DNA from: a virus
Virus record (IMG/VR): IMGVR_UViG_3300018876_000008
Coordinates: 105,338-169,337 of that record
Length of the DNA stretch: 64,000 nt
Direction: 5' to 3' (one strand)
Of the stretch, positions 17,668-27,481 are shown piece after piece (the first letter of the stretch is position 1; each line of letters opens with the position of its first letter). Below the pieces are notes generated by a model. That model worked only from the letters and a program-made list of their open reading frames with translations, was not told the DNA's origin and ran no database searches. A program made the translations under genes and the position numbers.

Positions 17668-17698
17668 CAAATATACTCCATTTATTTCTATTGTCAAA
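17668..17698 (-). promoter_or_regulatory. Bacteroidota sigma-A promoter of the tRNA operon
   Basis: TTTG-N19-TATATTTG, matching the -33/-7 consensus. Confidence 0.85.
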
Positions 17699-17699
17699 T

Positions 17700-18080
17700 T
17701 TATTTTGAGATATTTCTTCTTCTAAACCAAATTTTTGCACCAAATACTACTAATGTAATAAACACAAGACCGATAAGGAGGAAGAAACCACGATATGAAT
17801 CTGTAGGTGAAAGTTCGTAAGTTAGTAAAGTCCATCCTGAAATGTAACCAAACCACAAAGTGACCCAAATAAAATCAGGAATTCTCTTAGTTTTTTTCTC
17901 AATCTTTAAAACTCTTTCATCATGTACTACACGACTAAGTGCGTCCTGTAAATCTTTACCATATGCGGGTACGGTCTCAAATGTACCGTCTATATTTTGA
18001 ATAGTAACTTCATACTTCAACCATCCTTCAAAAGTTTCACTTTCCTTTCTAAGTTCAACTTGAACCGCCTTTCTTTTCAT
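17700..18080 (-). CDS. membrane protein
   Basis: PAYGKDLQDAL motif; two C-terminal TM helices. Confidence 0.7.
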   Translation of the reverse strand: MKRKAVQVELRKESETFEGWLKYEVTIQNIDGTFETVPAYGKDLQDALSRVVHDERVLKIEKKTKRIPDFIWVTLWFGYISGWTLLTYELSPTDSYRGFFLLIGLVFITLVVFGAKIWFRRRNISK

Positions 18081-18220
18081 AATATTATATTTTTTACTTT
18101 AACTTAATCTAAAACCTATAAACCATAAATCAACTCTAAAAAATTTATTTCCTTTATTTAATCCAAAACCAATACGTAACATACGATTTTGTTTATCTAA
18201 AATTATTTTAGTTAGTTTCA

Positions 18221-18835
18221 TTAATTTATGATTCTACCATCTTGAGTATAAATTTCTACCGTTGCTGCTTTACCCATATTATCCATCCATTCATGAATTT
18301 CTAAGAGTTGGTCTTTGAAGAAAATTCTAGAAACAAAATCCCATTCACCGTCAGGTGTGTCAATAGAACCTCCCATAACCGAGAAATCCTGTGCAACCGG
18401 AATTTGTTCTGATTCAAACATCATTTCGTAAATCCCTCCTTTTTGTTCATCAATAATGAGTAAAACATGTTCGACACCATCGTCACGATAATGAGGAGAT
18501 GCTAGAAAAGATTGGTACGGGTACATCTCGTCTACATCTCCAACATTCTCATATTCATCACCTAAGTCTTTTTCCTCAAATTCGGCAACTACATTATCAT
18601 TTTCATCTATAACTTTAAAAAAAAGTCTACCGTTATAAAATGGTGCGGACATTTGGAACATATCGGGGTCCCACATATCATCTATAATATCATCCTCCAT
18701 AAGGTGCCTAACTTCCCATAGTTCGTCACTATTATTATCTCTCATAAGGATATCCACCTTTTCTAATTGTTCATCATTTAAAGAATGTGCCACGGATTCC
18801 ATAGACCATCCATAAACTTCCAACTTGTACTTCAT
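18221..18835 (-). CDS. hypothetical acidic protein
   Basis: 204-aa ORF. Confidence 0.7.
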   Translation of the reverse strand: MKYKLEVYGWSMESVAHSLNDEQLEKVDILMRDNNSDELWEVRHLMEDDIIDDMWDPDMFQMSAPFYNGRLFFKVIDENDNVVAEFEEKDLGDEYENVGDVDEMYPYQSFLASPHYRDDGVEHVLLIIDEQKGGIYEMMFESEQIPVAQDFSVMGGSIDTPDGEWDFVSRIFFKDQLLEIHEWMDNMGKAATVEIYTQDGRIIN

Positions 18836-18847
18836 TTTGATTTACTG

Positions 18848-19540
18848 TTAATTTAAAAATTTAATTTGATTTGTATTTGGGTCCCAATCCACTGTTAAGG
18901 GTTTGTTTTTAAAAATATAATCTTCACCCAATACTGAAGCGTTAATGTAATGGGTTCCATTATCGAACTTATAACCGTATCCGCTATGAATATGGCCAAA
19001 AACGTGTATCTTAGGTTTAACGACCTTTAAACGTTCTGCCAATAGTTCACAACCAAGATTATCATATCGACCTACTACAGTATCTAAACATCCTTTAGGG
19101 GGTCCATGAGTGATAAGAATATCAATATCATTAGGTATGATACTCCATTTATGTTTTAATTCTTCACTGTTACGTGGTAGATTAAAAGCCCAATTGTAGA
19201 ACTCAGGTTGCCATGGAGTTCCCCATACTTTTACTGATGACTGATAATCGTCCCCAATAATTTGTAAGTCATCTTCAAGATAACTTACATTAAGGTAATT
19301 AGAAACAATTTCTTTAGCCAATTTAGGGTTATCCTCAAACATAAGGTCATGATTACCTGCAATAACAATTTTATTTGTGTAATTCTCTAAATCATTAAAC
19401 CAATCCATAAAACCATCAACCTCATGTTCATAACCTCGTGAAGTAAAATCACCCGCATGGATTAGTAAATCACCACCTGGTAATTGAGATGTCACTTGAC
19501 GATGTTTCGTGTGTGTATCGGATATGAATGTGATTTTCAT
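18848..19540 (-). CDS. calcineurin-like metallophosphoesterase (MPPED-like)
   Basis: ISDTH, HAGD, AGNHD, LITHGPP, FGHIH. Confidence 0.9.
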   Translation of the reverse strand: MKITFISDTHTKHRQVTSQLPGGDLLIHAGDFTSRGYEHEVDGFMDWFNDLENYTNKIVIAGNHDLMFEDNPKLAKEIVSNYLNVSYLEDDLQIIGDDYQSSVKVWGTPWQPEFYNWAFNLPRNSEELKHKWSIIPNDIDILITHGPPKGCLDTVVGRYDNLGCELLAERLKVVKPKIHVFGHIHSGYGYKFDNGTHYINASVLGEDYIFKNKPLTVDWDPNTNQIKFLN

Positions 19541-19577
19541 TTTATTTCTTTTGGCTAATATAAACATAGAATTTTAA

Positions 19578-20177
19578 TTAATAAAACTTTTCTTTTAATT
19601 TTTGTTTTTTCACCATAGATTTTAAAAGGTTAACATAATTATCCGCTTCAGCATATGATTTATCTAAGTATATATAATATTCTTCTTCAGTTTTTATTGT
19701 GGAAAGATACCTACATTGATAAAAGGCGTAGTCGTAGACAGATTCTCTCCAGTGAACATAAAATGCGTGATTATATTGTGTTCCTTTTGATGTGTGTACT
19801 CTAACTTTAGCTTCTTTCATACCGAATAGATTGTGGTTCTCTAAAAAGATTTTAGACTTATAGTGTCCACTCTCCAACTGAGCTTGGGCTAAAACAATAT
19901 GAGGAAATTTAACGTTTAGGGATTTTAATAATAAAATTAATTTTTCTTCAGAAAAATCATTTAGAGTGTCTTTAACATTAAGGACAACAATATCAGATTC
20001 TATATTATCTAAATTGTTTAAGTTGGTAGGTGTACTACATTTATTATTAGTTAAAAAATATACAGATAACAAGAATAATATACTTAATATTGGTATTAAA
20101 AATTTAAATGTATTAATTTTTTTGAATTGTAATGTTTTACTACAATAATAGTATAATTCTTTTTTATTTAATTTCAT
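19578..20177 (-). CDS. glucosaminidase-domain (FlgJ/Bax-like) cell-wall hydrolase
   Basis: IVLAQAQLESG...NNLFG-like NHNLFGMK...YAE; TM anchor. Confidence 0.75.
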   Translation of the reverse strand: MKLNKKELYYYCSKTLQFKKINTFKFLIPILSILFLLSVYFLTNNKCSTPTNLNNLDNIESDIVVLNVKDTLNDFSEEKLILLLKSLNVKFPHIVLAQAQLESGHYKSKIFLENHNLFGMKEAKVRVHTSKGTQYNHAFYVHWRESVYDYAFYQCRYLSTIKTEEEYYIYLDKSYAEADNYVNLLKSMVKKQKLKEKFY

Positions 20178-20243
20178 ATTTTTAGCTCATTAATTTTAAA
20201 AATAAGGCCCATTTAAATTAATAAATGAGCCGTAATGTTTAAT

Positions 20244-20636
20244 TTAAAGACCCATTTCTTTACGAATCTTAGTTGCCGAGATATCTCCGATATCAGAAGG
20301 TGGGGTATGTTCAATAATATCATATCCAACACCTCTTCCAAACTCTATTGAACAAATATCAGGTATAATTGTTACTGCTATTTTACCTGACTCAACTTCA
20401 GTTTCATAATGGTTGATAATATTCTCCTTAACTTCTGAAGCGGTAAACGGATTCTTTTCATTGGGTTTACCGTCCCTAATACAAATTAAGACATTCTTAC
20501 CTTTATCCAAAGCTTGTTTGAATAACTCTTGATGGCCTTTGTGTAAAGGTTGCCATCGACCTACAAACATCGCGTACTGACCTTCTCTAGCCGGCATCGA
20601 TGACTCTACATGAAATTTACTATTCCATTCACTCAT
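20244..20636 (-). CDS. cytidylyltransferase-like nucleotidyltransferase
   Basis: GRWQPLHKGH (HxGH); ISATKIR. Confidence 0.85.
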   Translation of the reverse strand: MSEWNSKFHVESSMPAREGQYAMFVGRWQPLHKGHQELFKQALDKGKNVLICIRDGKPNEKNPFTASEVKENIINHYETEVESGKIAVTIIPDICSIEFGRGVGYDIIEHTPPSDIGDISATKIRKEMGL

Positions 20637-20645
20637 AATTTATAA

Positions 20646-21017
20646 TTAAAAATATTTAGACCAATCGATACTTTTAAAACCCTCGTCCCTATTAAGGTTT
20701 ACTCCAAAAGCTCTTTGACCTGGTTTATTAGGGTCCATATCATTTATTAATATTCTAGGACCTCTCTCGATTCCTGTGATTAGACGGTCATATACAATTC
20801 CATTTTCTTTTAGTTCTTTAACCGTATGGTCATGGAGATAATCAGGTCTTGCAGTTGTTAATATAACCATATGACCTTCTTTACTCCATAACTCTAACCT
20901 TTCTTTAACCTCAGGTAAGACCTCAACAGATGAGGTTTCATACGTTTCAAACTTTCTATATTTAAATAGTGTACCGTCAATATCACAGAATATTGTTGAT
21001 TTTTTTTCTACCATCAA
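20646..21017 (-). CDS. HAD-superfamily phosphatase
   Basis: FCDIDGTL, LTTAR, LINDM. Confidence 0.8.
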   Translation of the reverse strand: MMVEKKSTIFCDIDGTLFKYRKFETYETSSVEVLPEVKERLELWSKEGHMVILTTARPDYLHDHTVKELKENGIVYDRLITGIERGPRILINDMDPNKPGQRAFGVNLNRDEGFKSIDWSKYF

Positions 21018-21454
21018 GATAAATTTAACTGTTTTACTAATTTATCGATTGACTCCTCCGGTGTGTCAATTGTGGTATCAATATCAATAAAGTTTTCTTT
21101 AGGTGCAACATACGCTTCTGACCTAAAATGGTCTCTTTCTCTTGGTTCAGAGGTATGGACGTATACTTCAACTAAATCTTCCCCTAATAATTTTTTAAAT
21201 TCTTCTCTTTGGTCCACGTAAGGTGAAACTAAAGATACTATTACATCTTTTCCTTGGTTGTGTAAATAATGTGATATTTTTTGAGCTGCATCTACATTAG
21301 TTACTCTACCTTTAATTGAATAGTCTTTATTGGTAAATAATTCTCTCATTTCATCACCATCAATTCTAAACGCTTTTGGGAGAAATCTTTCTTTAAACAT
21401 ATTAGCCAACACGGTCTTACCGTGAGAAGGCTGTCCTGTAAACCAATATACCAT
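21014..21454 (-). CDS. cysC: adenylylsulfate kinase-like
   Basis: WFTGQPSHGKT, IDGDEMR, SLVSPY. Confidence 0.75.
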   Translation of the reverse strand: MVYWFTGQPSHGKTVLANMFKERFLPKAFRIDGDEMRELFTNKDYSIKGRVTNVDAAQKISHYLHNQGKDVIVSLVSPYVDQREEFKKLLGEDLVEVYVHTSEPRERDHFRSEAYVAPKENFIDIDTTIDTPEESIDKLVKQLNLS

Positions 21455-21456
21455 TA

Positions 21457-21885
21457 CTATCCGATTTCTACTAATTCGATATTAAAGTTTAGTGACTTAC
21501 CAGCTAAAGGGTGGTTCATATCTAAAATAAGGTTTTCCTCATCTTCACCAATAATAGTTGCTTGAATTGGCATACCTTGTTCGGTTTGTCCTTGAACCAT
21601 TCCTCCGATTTCAACTTTAAAATCTTCAGGAAAGTTTTTACGACTTACCGGCATAACCGCCTCTTCTTTTCTCTCCCCATAAGCTTGAGTTGAGTCAAGA
21701 GTAATATCTTTTACTTCACCAACAGTCATACCTTCTACCGCCGAGTCAAAACCTGGAATCATTTGACCTGTTCCTACTGTGAAATTTAATGTTTCACCTC
21801 TTTTACGTGAACTGTCAAATTCTTGACCATCTTCTAAAGTTCCTGTATAATGAACTTTTACATTATTTCCTTTTTCTACTTTCAT
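21457..21885 (-). CDS. slyD: FKBP-type peptidyl-prolyl isomerase (SlyD-like)
   Basis: VHYTGTLEDG.EFDSS, IPGFD, AYG, DMNHPLAGKSLNF. Confidence 0.9.
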   Translation of the reverse strand: MKVEKGNNVKVHYTGTLEDGQEFDSSRKRGETLNFTVGTGQMIPGFDSAVEGMTVGEVKDITLDSTQAYGERKEEAVMPVSRKNFPEDFKVEIGGMVQGQTEQGMPIQATIIGEDEENLILDMNHPLAGKSLNFNIELVEIG

Positions 21886-21903
21886 TTTTTTTTGTTATTT
21901 AAT

Positions 21904-22305
21904 TTATTTAATGTACTTATTTTTAACCCTTTGTGAAATTGGGATAGGGTCCCCAGATTCGTCAATCCTAACAAATGTTATGTTAGTTGATAATATAATA
22001 GTTTGATTACCTGAATAAACATTATGTGAACGTGCCTCCATGTAAATAGTTAATGACGTACTTCCAATACTTTCAACCTCACCATAAATTTTGATTAGTT
22101 GACCTTCTTTAGCGGGTTTTTTAAAGGTACATTCATCTATTTTTAATGTCACCATTCTTGGTGTGTCTGCAACTTGCATAGCAAATGCTGCCGCACTTGC
22201 ATCTAACCACGCCAATAGTTTACCACCGAACAAATTTCCGTGAAATCCTAAATCACTTTTCTTTATTGGATGAGTATTTAAAAGTTCCATTGGTTTTAAC
22301 TCCAT
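21904..22305 (-). CDS. acyl-CoA thioesterase (hotdog fold, YciA-like)
   Basis: HGNLFGGKLLAWLD. Confidence 0.85.
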   Translation of the reverse strand: MELKPMELLNTHPIKKSDLGFHGNLFGGKLLAWLDASAAAFAMQVADTPRMVTLKIDECTFKKPAKEGQLIKIYGEVESIGSTSLTIYMEARSHNVYSGNQTIILSTNITFVRIDESGDPIPISQRVKNKYIK

Positions 22306-22309
22306 ATTA

Positions 22310-22891
22310 TTATTCTATTATTTTAAAATGTCCCCAGTCTTGTCCCGAAACATTTGTATTAGGAAAGTAGAACATTATTTCATTATTGTCAAATTTTATT
22401 TTCTTTTTAAACCCTGAGGGTATAGTTGCCCCTCCTATAACTTTCTGTAAGTCACCATCAAAACAAACTGTAATCTCTACAATGACATCTTCAAAAACTT
22501 TAGCGAGACCCACTTCAAAACGTTCTAATTCTTTCCACGGACCCCTATTAAGTCCTTCGTGTTGTAAAACACAATTTAAATAGGTAAATGTCTTTTTCAA
22601 TGTTTCCCTATCACAATTAAATGCGGAAGCAGGGGCTAAATGACCTTTATCCCATACATTATCAACGTAGTCATAATTGTCCGATGTTTGTATACTATCT
22701 ACCACACGGAAATCTAAACCGTCTCTTGATTCTTCCCCTAAAGGGCACTTAACTTCATATTTAATCCATAATGGTTGTTCTAATTCTTCGGAATAAATAA
22801 CCTCAAAAATATCAGTTTTAATTGTTTTTGTTTGAGCTAAAGTGGTATGTGTAAAAAACACACACACCACTATTTGTAATAATTTTATCAT
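22310..22891 (-). CDS. secreted DNA/RNA non-specific endonuclease
   Basis: Signal peptide; WDKGHLAP...N..LQHEGLNRGPW..LE. Confidence 0.85.
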   Translation of the reverse strand: MIKLLQIVVCVFFTHTTLAQTKTIKTDIFEVIYSEELEQPLWIKYEVKCPLGEESRDGLDFRVVDSIQTSDNYDYVDNVWDKGHLAPASAFNCDRETLKKTFTYLNCVLQHEGLNRGPWKELERFEVGLAKVFEDVIVEITVCFDGDLQKVIGGATIPSGFKKKIKFDNNEIMFYFPNTNVSGQDWGHFKIIE

Positions 22892-23319
22892 AGTTTAATG
22901 TTATAAATTTGACTGAACAAATCCTTAGTTTCATCTAAAACTCTAGATTTAGGCCACACTTTAGGGTTATCACCAGAATGAGAAGTATCAAATCCTACCC
23001 AATGACCTTCAGGCCATTTATCACCGTTAGGGATAACTTCTGAAAATGTTAATCCTCCGTGTACACTTACATCAATATCATCATAATGTTTTCCGTAGTC
23101 TTTATGTGATGGAATAATTTTTACATATCCATTGCCCCATCCTGTAGGGTAACTATCATTGGCCCATGTATTTTTTCTAAGCATAATTGGTGACTGTAAT
23201 CCGCTAATATCATAAGCGAGTAAAACATCATCTACTGTTAAATTTAAGTACATCGCCTCTTTAAGTGCCTCATCACCTATTGTGTTTAACCTATCCGAAA
23301 AAAAATTAATATTGTCCAT
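22888..23319 (-). CDS. conserved phage hypothetical protein
   Basis: NGYV...VHGGLTF...WVGFDTSH; start moved to 23319. Confidence 0.65.
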   Translation of the reverse strand: MDNINFFSDRLNTIGDEALKEAMYLNLTVDDVLLAYDISGLQSPIMLRKNTWANDSYPTGWGNGYVKIIPSHKDYGKHYDDIDVSVHGGLTFSEVIPNGDKWPEGHWVGFDTSHSGDNPKVWPKSRVLDETKDLFSQIYNIKL

Positions 23320-23355
23320 AGTTATATTTATTATTATATAATAGACTACAAAGAT

Positions 23356-24207
23356 ATGAAAAAAATTGAGATAAAAAAGCAATATTTAGAGGGGGATGAA
23401 TATTATTCAGATAAAACAGATAAAAAAACAATAGTTCTACACCATACAGCAGGAAGTCATAGACCTGATTGGGTTGTTAGTTCATGGGATAGAGATAGAA
23501 CTAAAGGTGGAAGACCTTTAAGGGTTGCTACACAATTTGTTATTGGAGGTAAATCCACAAGGGACGGTAATACAGATTGGGACGGAGTTATAATAGAGTG
23601 TTTACCTGTAGACATGTGGGCTCATCACTTAGGAACTAAGAATTCTAATAATGTCATGTTAAATAAACAATCGATAGGTATTGAGATATGTAATTACGGT
23701 CCACTTACTAAATCTGCAAAAGGTGAATATTTTACATATGTTAATAGTAAGGTACCTGAAGAAGATGTTATCGATTTAGGTAAAAATTGGAGAGGATATA
23801 GATACTATCAAAGATACACAAACAAACAAATAGAATCAGTTAAATATATAATTGAAAAATATAGTTCAGAATATAATATTGATGTTTGTAAGGGAATGGT
23901 CGAGTTATTTGATAGTAAACAATCAATAGACAAGTTAGATACCTTAGAAAAACAACGGTTTTTAAATGATAAAGGTTATTTGGGATTAAACGGTAAAATA
24001 CTAACTGAAGACGGTATCATGGGTGGTAATACAAAATATGCTGAAAGAACATATAACGACGCTAAAAGAGGTAAATGGGGCGCTTTTGAATATAATAAAT
24101 TGGCTAATCACGGTGGTGTTGGAATATGGTCACACACTAACTATCGGAAGGATAAGTTTGATGTGTATCCTTATCCTCCGTTGATTGAGATGTTAAAGAC
24201 TCTTTAA
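23356..24207 (+). CDS. N-acetylmuramoyl-L-alanine amidase (endolysin candidate)
   Basis: IVLHHTAG, WAHH, SIGIEICN, SHTNYRKDKFD; internal PG-binding-like EDGIMGGNT. Confidence 0.85.
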   Translation: MKKIEIKKQYLEGDEYYSDKTDKKTIVLHHTAGSHRPDWVVSSWDRDRTKGGRPLRVATQFVIGGKSTRDGNTDWDGVIIECLPVDMWAHHLGTKNSNNVMLNKQSIGIEICNYGPLTKSAKGEYFTYVNSKVPEEDVIDLGKNWRGYRYYQRYTNKQIESVKYIIEKYSSEYNIDVCKGMVELFDSKQSIDKLDTLEKQRFLNDKGYLGLNGKILTEDGIMGGNTKYAERTYNDAKRGKWGAFEYNKLANHGGVGIWSHTNYRKDKFDVYPYPPLIEMLKTL

Positions 24208-24358
24208 TTTCGTATTCTTGTGATTCATAGAATAAATGATATGCTATTTCATTTATTTCTTCATCTGTTAAGTTGTTAAGTCTATATTCTTTTAATTTAC
24301 CCATTTGTTTATTTAAATTATTACACTTATATTTGTTATAATAAAATAAAAAACAATT

Positions 24359-24841
24359 ATGAGAGTATCAACATTAATCATTACATTATTTATTTCTATA
24401 AATTCTGTTTTTTCACAATCATCTACAGTTGGTGTGTTATTCAGTAGTGGAGACTTATTTCTTTCAACTGATAACATTAACACTTCAGTAATTAATAGTC
24501 GTAATCCATATGCCCCATGGGGGATATATACCACAGGTCAATTAAACATAATTAATACTGGTGGGGTACCGATAATTAATCAAACGGGGGCGTACCCAAA
24601 TAGGTTAGGGATTAATTATGGTTTTTTAAGGAATGGTTTAAATTTAGGTGTCGGAGGTAAGATGGTACTATATAATACTGAACCTGCAGATTTTTATCCT
24701 GATTTGATGATAAGATTACACCCAATAAAACTACTATCTCAAAATCCTCGTGCTATTGATATTGCAATTATATTTAATGTATCAAATACTGTAGAATTTG
24801 GTGCGGGATTGTCAATACCTTTTCTACTTAATAGATACTGA
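24359..24841 (+). CDS. secreted, probable small outer-membrane beta-barrel
   Basis: Signal peptide-Q; alternating beta strands ending FGAGLSIPF; promoter TTTG-N20-TATATTTG (24304-24335). Confidence 0.5.
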   Translation: MRVSTLIITLFISINSVFSQSSTVGVLFSSGDLFLSTDNINTSVINSRNPYAPWGIYTTGQLNIINTGGVPIINQTGAYPNRLGINYGFLRNGLNLGVGGKMVLYNTEPADFYPDLMIRLHPIKLLSQNPRAIDIAIIFNVSNTVEFGAGLSIPFLLNRY

Positions 24842-24854
24842 TATATTTATTAGT

Positions 24855-25712
24855 ATGTTAAGTAATGAGTTTGAAGATTATTACAATGGTATAATAGAAA
24901 CCATATCACAAAATACAGGTTCAAGTTCCTATGCTAAAAACTTAGGTAAAAAAAACTATTTCAGAATTAAAACAGGATTTTATGAAGATGAAAATCCAAA
25001 AAATATTTCAGACGAATTACTATTAACTGTAAAAGAAAGTATAACAGAATCAAAGTTATTAACCGAAGCCAAAGGTATAAATGAACCCATAAGACGAATA
25101 GTTAGAGATATTACTAACATAGTTAAAAGTCAAAATTATGGAGAATATAATTTACCTGAAGATGTAACGTCAACTAACGAAATCGAATATGATTTTGATG
25201 TAGACTTTAAAAAGTTAAATGTTAGTAGGTCATATAATATACCCCCATTTTCAATAGAGTTAAATTATGATGCAAATTTCAATATGGATGAACCATATAT
25301 GATTAATGGGGCTTTAATGTCTGATGGTGATACAATTTCTATAGTTATTATTATTAACCCCAATTATTATCCTTCATTGATGTATGATTTGATTGCTGAT
25401 ATTAATGATATTGTGGCTCATGAGATAGAGCATGTATTTCAAGAAAACTTTATGAGACCTGATGAAGAAACTCATTGGGAGGAAGAAGGATGGGAAGCAC
25501 CTAAAGATAAAAATTATTATAAGCAACCACATGAAGTACCTGCAGAACTTAAAGGTATAATCCGAATGGCCAAACTACGTAAACAACCAATTAAACAGGT
25601 AATTGGTGATTGGTTTAAAAGAAGTAAATATGCTCACCAATTAAATGACAAGGATGTAGAAGAATTGGTATTATTTTTAACTAACGAATACGAAAAAAGA
25701 TATGGTATTTAA
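24855..25712 (+). CDS. HExxH zincin-like protein
   Basis: AHEIEHVFQ...YYKQPHEVPA; start moved to 24855, after TATTTAT. Confidence 0.6.
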   Translation: MLSNEFEDYYNGIIETISQNTGSSSYAKNLGKKNYFRIKTGFYEDENPKNISDELLLTVKESITESKLLTEAKGINEPIRRIVRDITNIVKSQNYGEYNLPEDVTSTNEIEYDFDVDFKKLNVSRSYNIPPFSIELNYDANFNMDEPYMINGALMSDGDTISIVIIINPNYYPSLMYDLIADINDIVAHEIEHVFQENFMRPDEETHWEEEGWEAPKDKNYYKQPHEVPAELKGIIRMAKLRKQPIKQVIGDWFKRSKYAHQLNDKDVEELVLFLTNEYEKRYGI

Positions 25713-26145
25713 AGATAAACAAGAATTTGATAAAGTAGCAAAAAGAGCGGTACAGATATTATTATTTATTGCCGAGACTAAATCTGAAATTTTTAGAGGA
25801 GCGAAAGCTAGTAATTTTATAACTTATTTAGATAACAATCCTAAATCTAGTATCAACCAACAAACAGGAAGTGTTTATTTTGAGATTACAGTATATTTTA
25901 TGAATGATGACCCCGACCACGGACCATTTTGTAAAAAGTTAGATGATATATTGACAGCAATTCTTAACACATTTGGAGGATTTTATTTAAACTCTAATTT
26001 AGAGTTTGTTGATAAAAAAGAAGAGGGGGACGATATGGTTGGGTTCTTTAAGTCTTGTTCTTATGATTGGAATAACCATGAAGAATCCAATAATTCACAA
26101 GCAACTTATGGGTTTGAATACTACTGGTATTCAGACGAAGATTAG
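25702..26145 (+). CDS. hypothetical protein
   Basis: Overlapping ORF in operon. Confidence 0.65.
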   Translation: MVFKDKQEFDKVAKRAVQILLFIAETKSEIFRGAKASNFITYLDNNPKSSINQQTGSVYFEITVYFMNDDPDHGPFCKKLDDILTAILNTFGGFYLNSNLEFVDKKEEGDDMVGFFKSCSYDWNNHEESNNSQATYGFEYYWYSDED

Positions 26146-26190
26146 TAACGTACATTTTTTTATTTAATAAAAAATCCTTATCTTTGTTGT

Positions 26191-26523
26191 ATGGAACATA
26201 CAAGAGAAAATTTAAATAAATTATCATTAGTTGAAATTAAGCTTATATGTAAAGAATATAATTTACATAGAACAGGGACTAAATCGGTTTTGATAAAACG
26301 AATCTTAGATTTTATAAAACCTATTCCTATTACAATTAATATACCTACCGAATATAAACCACCAAAAGGACAAAAAGTAATTGGGGTTTTATTAACTGAT
26401 AGTGAAAAACACAAACAGATAGGTAAGTTGAGAGAAAAAAATAAAGTAAAAGATTTATATTACTCTATGGGGGCACACTATTATTTGGTAGATAAAGAGT
26501 TTCAATTTGTAGATAATGGTTGA
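26191..26523 (+). CDS. SAP-domain DNA-binding protein
   Basis: LNKLSLVEIKLICKEYNLHRTGTKSVLIKRI; TATCTTTG promoter at 26179. Confidence 0.75.
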   Translation: MEHTRENLNKLSLVEIKLICKEYNLHRTGTKSVLIKRILDFIKPIPITINIPTEYKPPKGQKVIGVLLTDSEKHKQIGKLREKNKVKDLYYSMGAHYYLVDKEFQFVDNG

Positions 26524-26830
26524 TTTTAGTGATTTACCTGAAAAAATATTAAAAGAATTTATTATTTTAGAGGATAGACATTCTGATGGTAATCGATTAT
26601 TCATAATTAAAAGAAAAGTACCTTTCAATAAAAGAGGAATGTTAAAGAAAAAATATACCTCAAAAAATATACCTCACAAATATCAACAAAATAATACCCT
26701 TGAGGAGGCCAATTTATCAATAAGAAATTATTTGATTGAAGTTGAAGGTATTGTACCTTCAGATACATATGGTAAAAGTATATCTATTTTTTCGAGATTG
26801 TCTTTGCTATTTTTTGGACCACGTCTCTAA
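26516..26830 (+). CDS. hypothetical protein
   Basis: Coupled ORF. Confidence 0.55.
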   Translation: MVDFSDLPEKILKEFIILEDRHSDGNRLFIIKRKVPFNKRGMLKKKYTSKNIPHKYQQNNTLEEANLSIRNYLIEVEGIVPSDTYGKSISIFSRLSLLFFGPRL

Positions 26831-27407
26831 ATACTACAGAAGAAACCGTTATAAGTCCTGAGGAAAGTAATGTCTGCATTAACTTATTAAATTCTACAGA
26901 CTCAACACCAAACGTATTAACTACATTAATCAACATACCTAAGATAGGTAATAGGAAAGTATATGCTAGTATGTCACCAGCCCTATAGACACTTACACCT
27001 AAAACATTTAACATGTCTGAAAATTTTACTTTAAGTTGGTTGACCTTGTCAATGGCGGATTTTAACTCATCAGATAACCCTTGATTATCGATATCTTTTT
27101 TCATTTTATCGTACTCTTTACCTTCAAAGTAAACTATTGATAACGCCGCAATAACTAAAGAAGAAACTTGCCAAGGTTCTAAACCAGTAAACTCACTGTT
27201 AAGATATTTTTCAACGGGTTCCATCAGAGCTCCAATACCCGCACCGTAAGTCAGTGCGAATTTTGTACTAATACCAAACTGTTTATTAACATCTGATATT
27301 ATCTTCTTTGCTAATGAATCTAATCTTTTTAAAATTGAATTAATTTTATCTCCAATCCTTTCATTTAAAATTATTTGATATTGTTCTTCTGTAATTAAAA
27401 CTTTCAC
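26784..27407 (-). CDS. hypothetical membrane-associated protein with capsid-targeting-like N-terminus
   Basis: MKVLITEEQYQIILNE; late motif at 27423. Confidence 0.7.
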   Translation of the reverse strand: MKVLITEEQYQIILNERIGDKINSILKRLDSLAKKIISDVNKQFGISTKFALTYGAGIGALMEPVEKYLNSEFTGLEPWQVSSLVIAALSIVYFEGKEYDKMKKDIDNQGLSDELKSAIDKVNQLKVKFSDMLNVLGVSVYRAGDILAYTFLLPILGMLINVVNTFGVESVEFNKLMQTLLSSGLITVSSVVFRDVVQKIAKTISKK

Positions 27408-27481
27408 TTTTAATGTTTTATTATAAATATGCGGTTTAACCTAAACTGTTATTGTATATATTTATCTTAAAAGAGTTTAAT

